Source of the DNA: Bugula neritina
Lineage: Eukaryota; Animalia; Bryozoa
Direction: 5' to 3'
Assembly (NCBI GenBank): GCA_964035545.1
Contig: CAXIUT010000289.1
Span: forward strand, 1-64,000
Length of the DNA stretch: 64,000 nt
Shown here in pieces: positions 43,812 through 57,600 of the stretch (within the stretch, counting starts at the first letter, position 1; the number at the start of each line of letters is the position of its first letter). A program made the translations under genes and the position numbers. Under the pieces are notes generated by a model that searched no databases, was not told the DNA's origin, and worked only from the letters and a program-made list of their open reading frames with translations.

Positions 43812-45601
43812 GTTGACTTCTGTGAGAGAGAAAAGCTGTGAGATGTGAGATCTACAGTAAGTAACAGCCAAATGGTAAATCAGATGATACACCTCCGAGC
43901 AACTGTTACTGTTAGACTGATACTGTAATCTGATTTGGTAAATTACACAGTAACTTCACTTGTCACATACGCAGAGAGTGGAATAGCTTTAGGCATTGCA
44001 TACTTACATCAACAGTTTAAGGGGGCTGAGGTGAACGCCCCTTAGTATATGCAGCGCTACAGAAAACGGAAGTTTCTGATTGTTATGGTTGGTAAGGTTC
44101 TAGGGTTAGTGAAGCAGAAAATAGCAACAGAATCTGTGATGAATAAAGTTATAATGTATAATTAGGATGGAGCTTAGATAAACATGTTATTGCAGTTCCA
44201 ACACCTTAGTTTTATCAGCTGTGTGAAATGTGTACAGGAAATGGAATATTACCATTTATACTCAAGTTACTCATTTGTTTAGACTTCCTCCCATTAATTA
44301 AGTGTTGTAACCATGAAACTTAAAATACACCACTGTGTGATTACCAATGCCTAAAACAGTGTGTTTCATTCAGTCATGCATATACTTAGTAAGCAATTGC
44401 TGTTTCACTTGCCACAATACGTATGGTTTTGTTAAGTAGCTAATTCTGCTCAACTTGACTATGTTTCACTTCTTAGACTGAGTTAATTTCTCCCAATATG
44501 TGACACAGATTAAACATTGACTAGCTGGAGATTACCTGAGAGTATAATTGTTGTATATAAATCTCAACTTAGCTGAAGGATAAATATGAGAACACATAAA
44601 ACGTCATTCATCCGTATTAAAAAATTATTTGGGTTGGTCAATATTGGTTTCCACCAAAATTAAGTTTGAAGTTGAAAACTCCTCAACCCCCCCTCTGGCT
44701 CTCAGACAGCTATACCTCTATAAAGTACTGGATAGGTGTTTTATTGATTCCTTGTTAGAACGTGACATATAAAATTGAGACACATTTTCACTAATAACAA
44801 GGCTTTCTGGAACACCTGGTCAGATTCATACCAAGCCCGAGAATAAGGAATAATGAAGTGTGCAGTGAGTTGTGAGCTGAGCAACTCCAGTGTGTTGACC
44901 CTAGACAGCTAGTGTGTATGACAAGATATATACTATACCACACTATTACATCGTTATAATGTTACTTTATATATATAATGTGAATTTTGCTACTAAACTA
45001 TACTATTTCATCAGCATACTATTCCCACTAGCAACTTACTACTATACTATTATATTATGTATTACTATATCTGCATTATAAATGAAGCACCCATGACTAC
45101 CCTGCTGTTTCTAATGCCTATATATTCCTGCTAACCTATAATATATGTTAGGATTATATTACTACATAATACTACTATGATACTTCTGCTTGTGGTACAC
45201 CAGAGAGGAAAAATGACTAGATGAATGCATAATTTGTAACAACTTCAGTTTTCGATTGTTTAGTCAAGTATGATTGAAGAAATAGATTATGCTAGTAATG
45301 AACACAGTTGAAGCCACTAATATGCATTTTATTATATATTCTAAACAACTATGAAAGGTAATGTTTATAAATACTCTACAGTGTACAGTATAATGGCTTA
45401 ATAAAAAGAAAGAAATAAATTTAGAGACATTCTAAATGAGAAATTATATAATCATTTGGTGAAATAATATCACTACTGAGAAAGAGTAACGAATTTCTAT
45501 TTACAAAAGATAGGTAAGAATGTATCACACAAAACCATCAACTTATAACAATTCTGGCAGAGTGCCAAAAGATAATAGCTTAAGGTCCAAAGCTACAGAG
45601 T

Positions 45602-48600
45602 CTACGTGGTTGAGACGACTTGTTCCACGGCCCCTTCCTCACAGTCCTCCAGGATACTGACAGTCTGCACGTCTGCGGAGAATGAAGAGACAACTGTGTC
45701 CACTACTTCCTCTTCTACAACACTTCCTGTCTCCACTTCAGTCTCGTCGGGTAGTTTGTCCGGCAGAGACGTGGCCACAATCTTGTTAGGCAGCAGGCTA
45801 ATCTGTGAGTCAGACAGATTATACTGGTTGGACTAAGAACATTTTCCAAGTTTAAAACTAAGCAAAAGAAGACAGCTATTAGTAAACTAAACAAACACAT
45901 CCCGAACATGTTAGGAACTGGGAGTAGCCTCACCTTGCCGGCAGTTGATGAGACACTCGTGGCCTTGACAATGGTGGGAGGATGCTTGTAGCCTGAGGCC
46001 TCTGATGAAGAAATCACCCGGCCTCCACCCTTTTCTATTGCAGCTGACAGAATTCCTGTAACACAGTCTACAATATAGTCTGCAACTACATGAGTTGGAG
46101 AGAAACACCTGTTACTGCACACAAACTAGGTCAACTGTCACTTCCTCTTCATACAACCAACACCAACTTGCCAAAGCTTTGCCAAAATATTTAAAGCATT
46201 TGCAGCTTACAAAGTGTGCGTTGCTATGGAGACCTTTGGATTGTTTGAAGACATCAGTTGTACTACCAAGGGCTGGAGATATGGGTGGAGATATCTGCCT
46301 TGGTGGGAGATGGCCACAAAAGAATTTATTGTACTTTTAACAATAGCGCATTATGCACCAAAGCAGCTACACAATGTGAATTAGCATTGGAAATGATCCT
46401 CTCATTTCTTTCATCTTCCAAGTAGGCTATGACAACTAACTGGAATCTACTACAGCTGGAAATACTGAACTCAGATAATCTCTTCCTTTAGACTCAGTAA
46501 TCCCATAATCTGACACAGAGCCAAGAGTTCGAAGGCTGCAGAGTTGGCCATCAGCTGCACGACTACCTGGTGAGTATACAGGTAGCCACTACCTGTTGAG
46601 TATCCAGGCAGCTACTGGTTGGCACAGCCGCATGCAGGTAACACAGCAGACATAAATCTGGCCCTGGTGATATGAAAGTGATGACTAGTGACCATGGACC
46701 AGAGCACAACAGAGGCCCTTTCAGACCCTGTTCAGCCAGTGAGAATAAACCACCTGATGCGACGTGACGACAGCAACAGAGGAGATAGTCAGCTGACACT
46801 GAGTCAACCACTCAACTCCAGTATGTGCAGGTACTGGCTTCATCCACTCTACTACCACTACTACCACCACTACTACCACTACTACTACCACTACTACTAC
46901 CACTACTACTACCACTACTACTACTACCACTACTACCACCACTACTACCACTACTACTACTACCACTACTACTACTACTACTGCTACTACTCTTATTACT
47001 GCTACTACTATTATTACTGCTACTACTACTACTAGTACTGCTACTACTACTAGTACTGTTACTACTACTACTACTAGTACTGCTACTACTACTTCTTCTG
47101 CTACTACTATACTACTAATACTACTGCTACTACTACTACTACTACTGCTACTATTACTACTAATACTACTGCTACTACTATTACTACTACTGCTACTATT
47201 ACTACTACTTATACTACCACTACTACCACTACTACTACCACTACTACTACCACTACTACTACTACCACTACTACCACCACTACTACCACTACTACTACTA
47301 CCACTACTACTACTACTACTGCTACTACTCTTATTACTGCTACTACTATTATTACTGCTACTACTACTACTAGTACTGCTACTACTACTAGTACTGTTAC
47401 TACTACTACTACTAGTACTGCTACTACTACTTCTTCTGCTACTACTATACTACTAATACTACTGCTACTACTACTACTACTACTGCTACTATTACTACTA
47501 ATACTACTGCTACTACTATTACTACTACTGCTACTATTACTACTACTTATACTACCACTACTACAACTGCTATTACTAGTATAGAGAGAGACGTCTCACA
47601 GCTGGAGGTATGCTACTAACTGAAGTCACCAGAAAGCGTGACTGACAGTGCACCTGAAGAATGCATATATTAACAAACAGATTACCAACTATCAGAGGTT
47701 CATACTGCGTAAGGAGACTAATAGCCCAGCTATCCATGAGCTGCAGGAGAATCAGTAGAACAGATCTACCTGCTACAGTTTATAGACAGCGTGACATCTC
47801 TTGACGCTGCCGAGAGTCAGCAGACACTCACCGGGTTCCACGGACTGGACGAGCACCATCTCTTCGCCGATGGGTATCTCTATGGTCTCCGAGATGTTCA
47901 CCACCTGCCCGTCCTCCATGCTGGTTGGTATGCTGCCGGCATCTTCCTCTGCCAGGTCAGACTTGGCCTGGTTCATGTGCTCGCTGAGGATGTGCACAGC
48001 GAGGGCGTGCTGCGACACAAACACCTAGATGAGGAGAGAAGATACAGAGTAAGTGTGGTGAGATTACATATAGAGAGAGAAGATACAGAGTAAGTGTGGT
48101 GAGGTTACATATAGAGAGAGAAGATACAGAGTAAGTGTGGTGAGGTTACATATAGAGAGAAGATACAGAGTAAGTATGGTGAGGTTACATATAGAGAGAA
48201 GATACAGAGTAAGTATGGTGAGGTTACATATATAGAGAGAGAAGATACAGAGTAAGTGTGGTGAGGTTACATATAGAGAGAGAGAAGATACAGAGTAAGT
48301 GTGGTGAGGTTACATATAGAGAGAGAAGATACATAGTAAGTGTGGTGAGGTTACATATAGAGAGAGAAGATACATAGTAAGTGTAGACCAGTAAGTTTAG
48401 TAGAAACAGCTGGCATATGGACGATGTTCAGATAGTTAGAGGATGTAGAGTGGTCACAGAGGGTGGTATTACTAAGACATAAAATATGACGAGGTGACAG
48501 GTATGAAGATGAAGGAGATTTCTATTTCAATAAATCACAAGAAACTAGGTTAGAGTGTAGCCAACCTCATGGCAATGTTCACAGATGTGAGCGTTGATCA

Positions 48601-51600
48601 GTACTGTCTGTCTCTTTGCTGTCGGAGGTAGAGCTCCAGATTCCTCGGCAGCTGGAGGCTGACTGTCCAGTTCCTACAGGAGAACCAAAAGCTAGGCTAC
48701 AGATTTACAGGAAACTAGGCTATAGATTTACAGGAAACTAGGCTATAGATTTACAGGAGAACAGGAACCTGGTCTACAGAAAGAAACAAGTGCCAGGGAA
48801 AAGAGAGCCAACTTGGAGATGTGTGTGGAATAATACAGATACTTCAGAGTCTTGGCCTATCGTATTATACAGATGACTATTGAGGAGTTGCCTGACCAGA
48901 GCTTGAGTTCTACTTTAATAAACTGACTATGTTTAAAGGGTTCATGAGCTAGACTAACAAGGAATATTCATGCATAGAGTAAGTTAGGCCATCTCATGGT
49001 ATTTATAAACACAGTCTAATGGAATACCATTCATCATAGAGGAGTTTACAGCATATTAATATCAATAGTATAGATTACAGGTAATTGGTTGGACTAAGTG
49101 ATTGATGACTTCCAGGGAAGAGCAGAGCCAAACTAATGTCCATTAGGATTAGATTAGTGCATGAGAAAGCCTAAGTTCTGGAAGTAGTTGGCCATATATA
49201 AACTGGGGTGGGGCAGGCACACGTTCTCACTGACTAAGAAGTCAACAGAACATGATGGAGAAAAATCTGTCTTCACAGCTGCGCAATCTGATGAAGATAA
49301 GACAAGATCATAAATTGGACAGTGGTTCTGTGACACCTCCCCTAACATATCAGCTTCTTAACACTAATTCCAAACCTATACTCATATCTGTGAGAAAAAT
49401 TATTTGATAATTTCTTTAAGTATCAAACATCTATGGAACTTCCCTTCCTTATGGTGACGCATAGCAGTACATTTATAACTAGACACCAACTTAACAGCTC
49501 AACTACCACTCTACATGGCTGAGAAACAGACACACAGACAGACAGACACACAGACAGATGGTGAAGCTGCTTACATCTTCGACTTGCTGCTGGGCTATGA
49601 TCACCTGATCAGATTTAGGCATCTTACTGAGAAGTTCGACGCCGTGAGACTTCTGCATGTGTTTCTTCAGCAAGTAGTTTGTGTTGAATCCGCGGTCACA
49701 CATGGTGCAGTTGAAAGTTGTCACCCCTGAAAATATTCATAACGGAGTTGTCTTACAATGATTACATGAGTCTTTTATTAGACGGGAAACATACTAGACT
49801 AGATCAGACCAGCACCTACCTGCGTGTTTAGACTTGAGGTGTATCTCCAGAGCCTGTTTCTGCGTGTACTCCTTACCACACCTGCCACACCTGTAAGGCT
49901 TCACATCAGCGTGACGGTACATATGCTGTCGCAGACTGTCTCGTCGCTTCACCGCGTAACCACAAATCTGGCAGACGTACGGCTTGTCTTTACTGTGAGA
50001 GATCATGTGATTCTACAATTCACATTCTCACCAGGTTAGAATCTGGACAGGAGCTACTGCCTAGATAAGCACTTCAAGCTAGAAGGTATGCAGTGGAATC
50101 TTACGTTGAGTTGGGCCTGAGTCTTGAAGCCTTTCTTGCACTGCTCACACATGAAGTCCTTGACATCGGAGTGGACGCTCTTGATGTGCGCATCCAGAGT
50201 GGCCTTGAAGAGCAGCACCTTGCCGCAGTGCTCACACGTGTGACCTTTCTGGTTGGGGTCATGCAGCCTCTTATGGGCTCTGAAAACAGGGAACAGAAGC
50301 TAGAGAGGATAATCTAGTATATCAATAGTATGATATATTATAATACCGTGATATACTATAATAATACCGTGATATACTATAATAATACTGTGATATATTA
50401 TAATACTGTGATATACTATAATAATACTGTGATATATTATAATACTGTGATATACTATAATAATACTGTGATATACTACAATAATACTGTGATATACTAT
50501 AATAATACTGTGATATACTATAATAATACTGTGATATACTATAATAATACGGCGAGTAACGCACATGAAGGCAGAGTAGCTGCCGAGGGGCTTAGCGCAA
50601 ATCTCGCAGCCGAACTGGAAATGGTGGCCCTTCATGTGGGACCGGAGGCTCTCCTTGGTGCTGTACTGCTTCTCACAGACGTCACACTTGTAGTTCTTCT
50701 CGCCAGTGTGCACGTGGATGTGCTGTGAGAGCATGTATTCGTTCTTGAACACTCTCTCACAGTGGGGGCACGGCACTCCGTCTTCTACAGAACAACAAGA
50801 ACTCAGGCTATACGATGGAACTCTCGCCATTAGTTTAGAAAAGAGTGAAAAATATAATCATATTTTCAAAGATATGTTGATAATCAGAGTTATAAGTTGA
50901 CAATCAGATTTATAAGTTGATATTGAGAGTTATAAGTTGATATTGAGTTATAAGTTGATATTGAGAGTGATAAGTTGATATTGAGAGTGATAAGTTAATG
51001 AAGTGAATCAGAGAAACTGCAGTTAGTTGCAGGTCAGCAGAAAATATTTTGAATGAAATCAAAGCGGGACACGACCACTGGGAGAAACAGAGCATTGAGC
51101 TCAAGAATGATATCATAAACTAAACAAAGTTGTTGAACGCCTACCTTCCAGTGGAAGGGACTGAATATTTGAGAGAGAGTTTAGAGTAACTGCACAATCT
51201 CTCAGATGTTACCTTTGTCAAAATGGACATTCTTGTTGTGCCGGGAGAGGTCCTGCTTATCGTTGAAGGCGCTATCACACTTGTCACACTTCCACTCTCT
51301 CTTGTTCTCGTGGAACTTGAGGTGAAGGTTGAGTTTGTACTTCTGTATGAACCCCTTGCCGCAGATGGTGCACACAAACGGCCTCTCTTTGGAGTGGAAC
51401 TTCACGTGCTGGTCGAGATTGCCCCTCACTCGGCCTGTGAGTAAAGTCATAATATCCATACATAAGTGAATACATAAATATAAGGCTATAACAAAATATT
51501 TTAGAACGGAAACACATTCCTTTGGGAACACTCATGAAAGTTGAAGAAGACAAATCCCAAAACACAAATTAAATTAAATTATATGTTTATGCAAATAATA

Positions 51601-54600
51601 TAAGCATGGTAACATGACCATAGAGAGAGAAACGGTTTTATGTTATAAACACAAGGAATTGGCATTGCAAGTGTAGGGTGGTTGAAGCTGCACTCACATC
51701 TGTATTCACACTGGTCACACTTGTAGGGTCGGATGTCCTTGTCAGCGTGGTCCTTCCTCAGATGCTCACAGAACTGCGTGACACTGCCAAAGTGCACCTC
51801 CATACCTTCCGGACAGACTTTGCACTTGATGAACGCCCTCTGGTGGCGGTCTTAAGCAGCATAAAACATTGTGCTAAAGTAGTGGACACTAGAGTAGAAT
51901 GGTCTTATGCACAGTGTATGGGGGTAGAAACTAAAGTGGAATTGCCTTACGTACAGTGTATAGGGGTAGCTACCAGGGTTGGGGCAGGTGAATGTACAGG
52001 TGAATGTAATTAATTACAATTACATGAACATTTCTCAATTGCAATTATAATTACAGTTAAAATATAATGTAATTAATTACAATTACAAAGCCATGTAATC
52101 AATTACAATTACTTTTGTTCTCAAAAGGAATGAATAGAAGTTATACAATCTTACTTCTAGGGTTCAACTACCAAGGGCAATTTTGACAGTGGTGAACCTC
52201 CTTTGTTCTCAGCAGCGATCTATACTACATTGAATTATTCTGAACTTGTAGGCATGGTGGGAAAAGTATGAAATTTTTAAGATTTGAAAGTTTGAAGTAA
52301 TTGACATTTATTTATATATTATAGTATTTGTAAAAATCAATTACATTAGCTATGCAATTAATTACAATTACATCTTTATACATCAATTACAATTACCCCA
52401 ACCCTGGTAACTACTAGGGTGAAATAACCTTACTTACAGTGTATAGGAGTGGCCAGTACAGTGCAATAGTCTCGCAGCTCCTTGTCAATAGAATTCATTT
52501 TTGATTTTGCCAGCCAATCATTAGAGTCCATATCTTGAGAGCTGAAACCCAAACAAACACATTACACTCTCACACTCTCATGTAGACACAGAGAAGGCGG
52601 AAGGGTAGACGTGACTCACTTTGAGAGGGCGGGTCTGGCAGTCGGCTGTAAGACTGGGGTCAGCGTGGAGTCTGATGACTTAGAGACGCTGTTTTGAGGA
52701 ACAGTAATGACGACGTTGATGGTCTCCGGTATTCCACTGTTGTTGCGGAACGACACAGGAAGTATCTGCACCACTGAGTTGGGGTTGGCGAGCAGATCTG
52801 TGAAACAGAGAGAACAACTCCTGTGATGGTAGACGTGAGAGCAATGCATACACAACTGGAGAGTAGACAGGAAATGAGAGCTCATACCTGATTGGGAGAC
52901 GATAGAGAGCGGGAGATTTGATTGGCCATCACCTTCAGCTGTGGTTATATGTGGCGTGAGATTATTGTCTGGTAACTCGGTGATCTGTTGGCAAAGAAGT
53001 GGAACAATACAGTGTTGCGTATAGTATAAGGTAGCATTGAAGGTAGGGTGTTACATCAAACAATACAGTGCCATAGGAGCCAAATAATACAACATAGTGT
53101 GATAAATCAACTATATACCACATTACTTATTCCACACAATGATCTCCACAGGTAACGTTACCTTGATAGAACCATCCTCTACCCTAAAGAGTTGGGAGTT
53201 CTTTGATTCAGGAGTTATTCCCCCGTCAGCGCCCTCATCAGCAACAAGGAGCTCTAAAGTGTCGGTTAAACTCTCGCGTATAATAGCTCTGTTGTCACCT
53301 TGGTAGAGGACTCTGTCAGAGTTGTGTCTCCGGGCCACGTGTTTCTACAAGTGAAGGGGACTGGGGAGGTAGAGAATCCGGCAGCTGCCAATACATTAGC
53401 TCTGCTTATAGTTTAGCAGGGCACTGCAACCAAATCTCAAATGTTTACTAATTTATTTGAAAACTTTTTTCAAACCAAAAATCTGTCTCTTTGGTAGATT
53501 TTTGATTTCATTAGATGAGAACTTGAGCTTCAACATGATTTTACATACAAGCTGAGCTTAGAGTACCCAGAACTACTCCTTACCTCCAGCGTTTCCTGCT
53601 CGTGGAATACCAGCTTACAGCTCTCTACAGGACAAGAGTGCTTGGCTACTTCCATGTGGTACTTGATGTGCATCTGCAGCTGTAATCAGCAATATAGTAT
53701 ATGGTAGTAATATATCTCAACACTACTGTAATACATCTCAACAATACTGTAATACATCTCAACACTGCTGTAATACATCTCAACACTGCTGTAATACATC
53801 TCAACACTGCTGTAATACATCTCAACACTGCTGTAATACATCTCAACACTACTGTAATACATCTCAACACTGCTGTAATACATCTCAACACTGCTGTAAT
53901 ACATCTCAACACTACTGTAATACATCTCAACACTACTGTAATACATCTCAACAATACTGTAATACATCTCAACACTGCTGTAATACATCTCAACACTGCT
54001 GTAATACATCTCAACACTGCTGTAATACATCTCAACACTGCTGTAATACATCTCAACACTGCTGTAATACATCTCAACACTACTGTAATACATCTCAACA
54101 CTACTGTAATACATCTCAACACTGCTGTAATACATCTCAACACTGCTGTAATACATCTCAACACTACTGTAATACATCTCAACACTACTGTAATACATCT
54201 CAACAATACTGTAATACATCTCAACACTGCTGTAATACATCTCAACACTGCTGTAATACATCTTGATACTTTATCTCAACACTACTGTAATATGACTCAC
54301 CATATACTTGTAGCCGAACCTCTTTGAGCATCTGTCACACATGAAGGGTTTGTTATTAGTGTGCATATTCATGTGTAGGAGCAGCGAGGCGGGGTATATA
54401 CCTGCTCGTAGTATACAATATTATATGATAATATATTATTATGATAATATAATATATAGAAAGATATTATTATGATATGACGTAATATGTACATAGATAT
54501 GAAAATATATGATTATTATAATGTGGTATATATACTTTTTACGGCAGTAATGCATAATATGTGATATACAAGTACAATTTTATATATTATAGAAGTCATA

Positions 54601-57600
54601 CAATACTGACAACTAGAAAATTTGATACAATTGTATGTGTATGTAGTAATAATGATCTAATACACCATGAGGAATATACTATGTAATAAGACAAACTCAC
54701 ACTTGTACTGACAAATGGGGCACTGCCAGGGGGCAAACTCAGGGACGTGCTCCTTCCTAAGATGAGTCACCATTTCTTTCTTAGTGGTCATGGTACGACC
54801 ACCCTCCCCACAGTGTTTGCACCTATACCCTTTCTCTGAGACTACAAAGTTAAGTCACGTTTAGAACATAAATCAGATTGAGAGAGAGAGTATGTAGTCA
54901 CATACAGAGAGACTACGTAGTCTTGCGCAGAGAGACTACATAGAGCACACACACACACACGCACGCACACAGAGTACATAGTCACACACATTTGCACGCA
55001 CGCACACAGAGTACGTACAAAGAGAGCAGTGGTCTTCCAACCGGTCTTCTGGTTTTATTCTCTCAAACATGTTGAGCACGAGACTGTCCACAGGGTAGTT
55101 GTCTTCTCTTTTCTCACAGAACAGTATGTCCTCCTTCATCCTGGTCAACATTCAACATGCTGTTCAATGCCGCATCACGTCATTACAGAAGAATATTATA
55201 ATGATATATTACTGCTATCTTACTGTATGATTAATATTATATTACTATATTACTGTATGATCAATAATATTATATTACTATATTACTGTATGATTACTTA
55301 ACAGAATAATATTAAACTCACTCGAGACCCTCCAGTTTGATTCTTTCTTCTTCATCTTCATACTCTGAAACACCAAATATGTAACAACACACAGCCAACA
55401 GGAAAATATATAACAATACAGACACCCAATCAGAAGGAATGAGACAACACACAGCCAATCAGGAGAACACAGCCAATCAGGAGAGATGTAACAGCACTCA
55501 CCAAACTCCTCGTCATCTGACTCAGCAGACTGAGGCGGAGCATTACTACCTCCGGGGAGAGTCTGTTTGGTGGATCCTGGCTGGACGAGCAGCTCCTGGA
55601 TGCGGTTGTCTTTGCCGACAATGTAAGTCTTAGTGACAGCCACCATCTCTCTGCAACAGAAACAACGGGTACTGCAGATACTGCAGAATAATACGATGTG
55701 ATCTTTACATCTCAAAACAGAAAACTAGATTTACTGATCTTACATTGGACCATCCTGCTCAGCTTCTACAGTCTGTGGAACATCTTCATTGACCTCTGCA
55801 GGCACCAGCTCTACCATCTCAGAGTGGACAACTACAGACTCTACAGTAGGGAAGAGCTAGTATAAAGTATTATAGTAGAGATAGTATACAGTATTATAGT
55901 AGAGATAGTATAAAGTATTATAGTAGAGATATTATATAGTATTATAGTAGAGATAGTATACAGTATTATAGTAGAGATAGTATACAGTATTATAGTAGAG
56001 ATAGTATACAGTATTATAGTAGAGATAGTATAAAGTATTATAGTAGAGATAGTATAAAGTATTATAGTAGAGATAGTATACAGTATTATAGTAGAGATAG
56101 TATATAGTATTATAGTAGAGATAGTATACAGTATTATAGTAGAGATAGTATATAGTATTATAGTAGAGATAGTATACAGTATTATAGTAGAGATAGTATA
56201 CAGTATTATAGTAGAGATAGTATACAGTATTATAGTAGAGATAGTATACAGTATTATAATAGAGATAGTATATAGTATTATAGTAGAGATAGTATAAAGT
56301 ATTATAGTAGAGATAGTATACAGTATTATAGTAGAGATAGTATATAGTATTATAGTAGAGATAGTATACAGTATTATAATAGAGATAGTATACAGTATTA
56401 TAGTAGAGAAAGTATACAGTATTATAGTAGAGATAGTATACAGTATTATAGTAGAGATAGTATACAGTATTATAGTAGAGATAGTATACAGTATTATAGT
56501 AGAGATAGTATACAGTATTATAGTAGAGATAGTATACAGTATTATAGTAGAGATAGTATACAGTATTATAGTAGAGATAGTATATAGTATTATAGTAGAG
56601 ATAGTATACAGTATTATAGTAGAGATAGTATATAGTATTATAGTAGAGATAGTATACAGTATTATAGTAGAGATAGTATACAGTATTATAGTAGAGATAG
56701 TATATAATATTATAGTAGAGAAAGTATACAGTATTATAGTAGAGATATTATATAGTATTATAGTAGAGATAGTATATAGTATTATAGTAGAGATAGTATA
56801 CAGTATTATAGTAGAGATAGTATACAGTATTATAGTAGAGATAGTATATAATATTATAGTAGAGAAAGTATACAGTATTATAGTAGAGATAGTATACAGT
56901 ATTATAGTAGAGATAGTATACAGTATTATAGTAGAGATAGTATACAGTATTATAGTAGAGATAGTATATAGTATTATAGTAGAGATAGTATACAGTATTA
57001 TAGTAGAGATAGTATAAAGTATTATAGTAGAGATAGTATATAGTATTATAATAGAGATAGTATACAGTATTATAGTAGAGATAGTATACAGTATTATAGT
57101 AGAGATAGTATACAGTATTATAGTAGAGATAGTATACAGTATTATAGTAGAGATAGTATATAGTATTATAGTAGAGATAGTATACAGTATTATAATAGAG
57201 ATAGTATACAGTATTATAGTAGAGATAGTATATAATATTATAGTAGAGAAAGTATACAGTATTATAGTAGAGATAGTATATAGTATTATAATAGAGATAG
57301 TATACAGTATTATAGTAGAGATAGTATACAGTATTATAGTAGAGATAGTATATAGTATTATAGTAGAGATAGTATACAGTATTATAATAGAGATAGTATA
57401 CAGTATTATAGTAGAGAAAGTATACAGTATTATAGTAGAGATAGTATATAGTATTATAATAGAGATAGTATACAGTATTATAGTAGAGATAGTATATAGT
57501 ATTATAGTAGAGAAAGTATACAGTATTATAGTAGAGATAGTATACAGTATTATAGTAGAGATAGTATACAGTATTATAGTAGAGATAGTATATAGTATTA

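Noticed and set aside
46688-47118. Poly-Y, poly-V and poly-L ORFs
   Set aside because: (CTA)n microsatellite.
53646-54327. ORFs of about 200 aa in three frames
   Set aside because: Artefacts of a 21-bp satellite.
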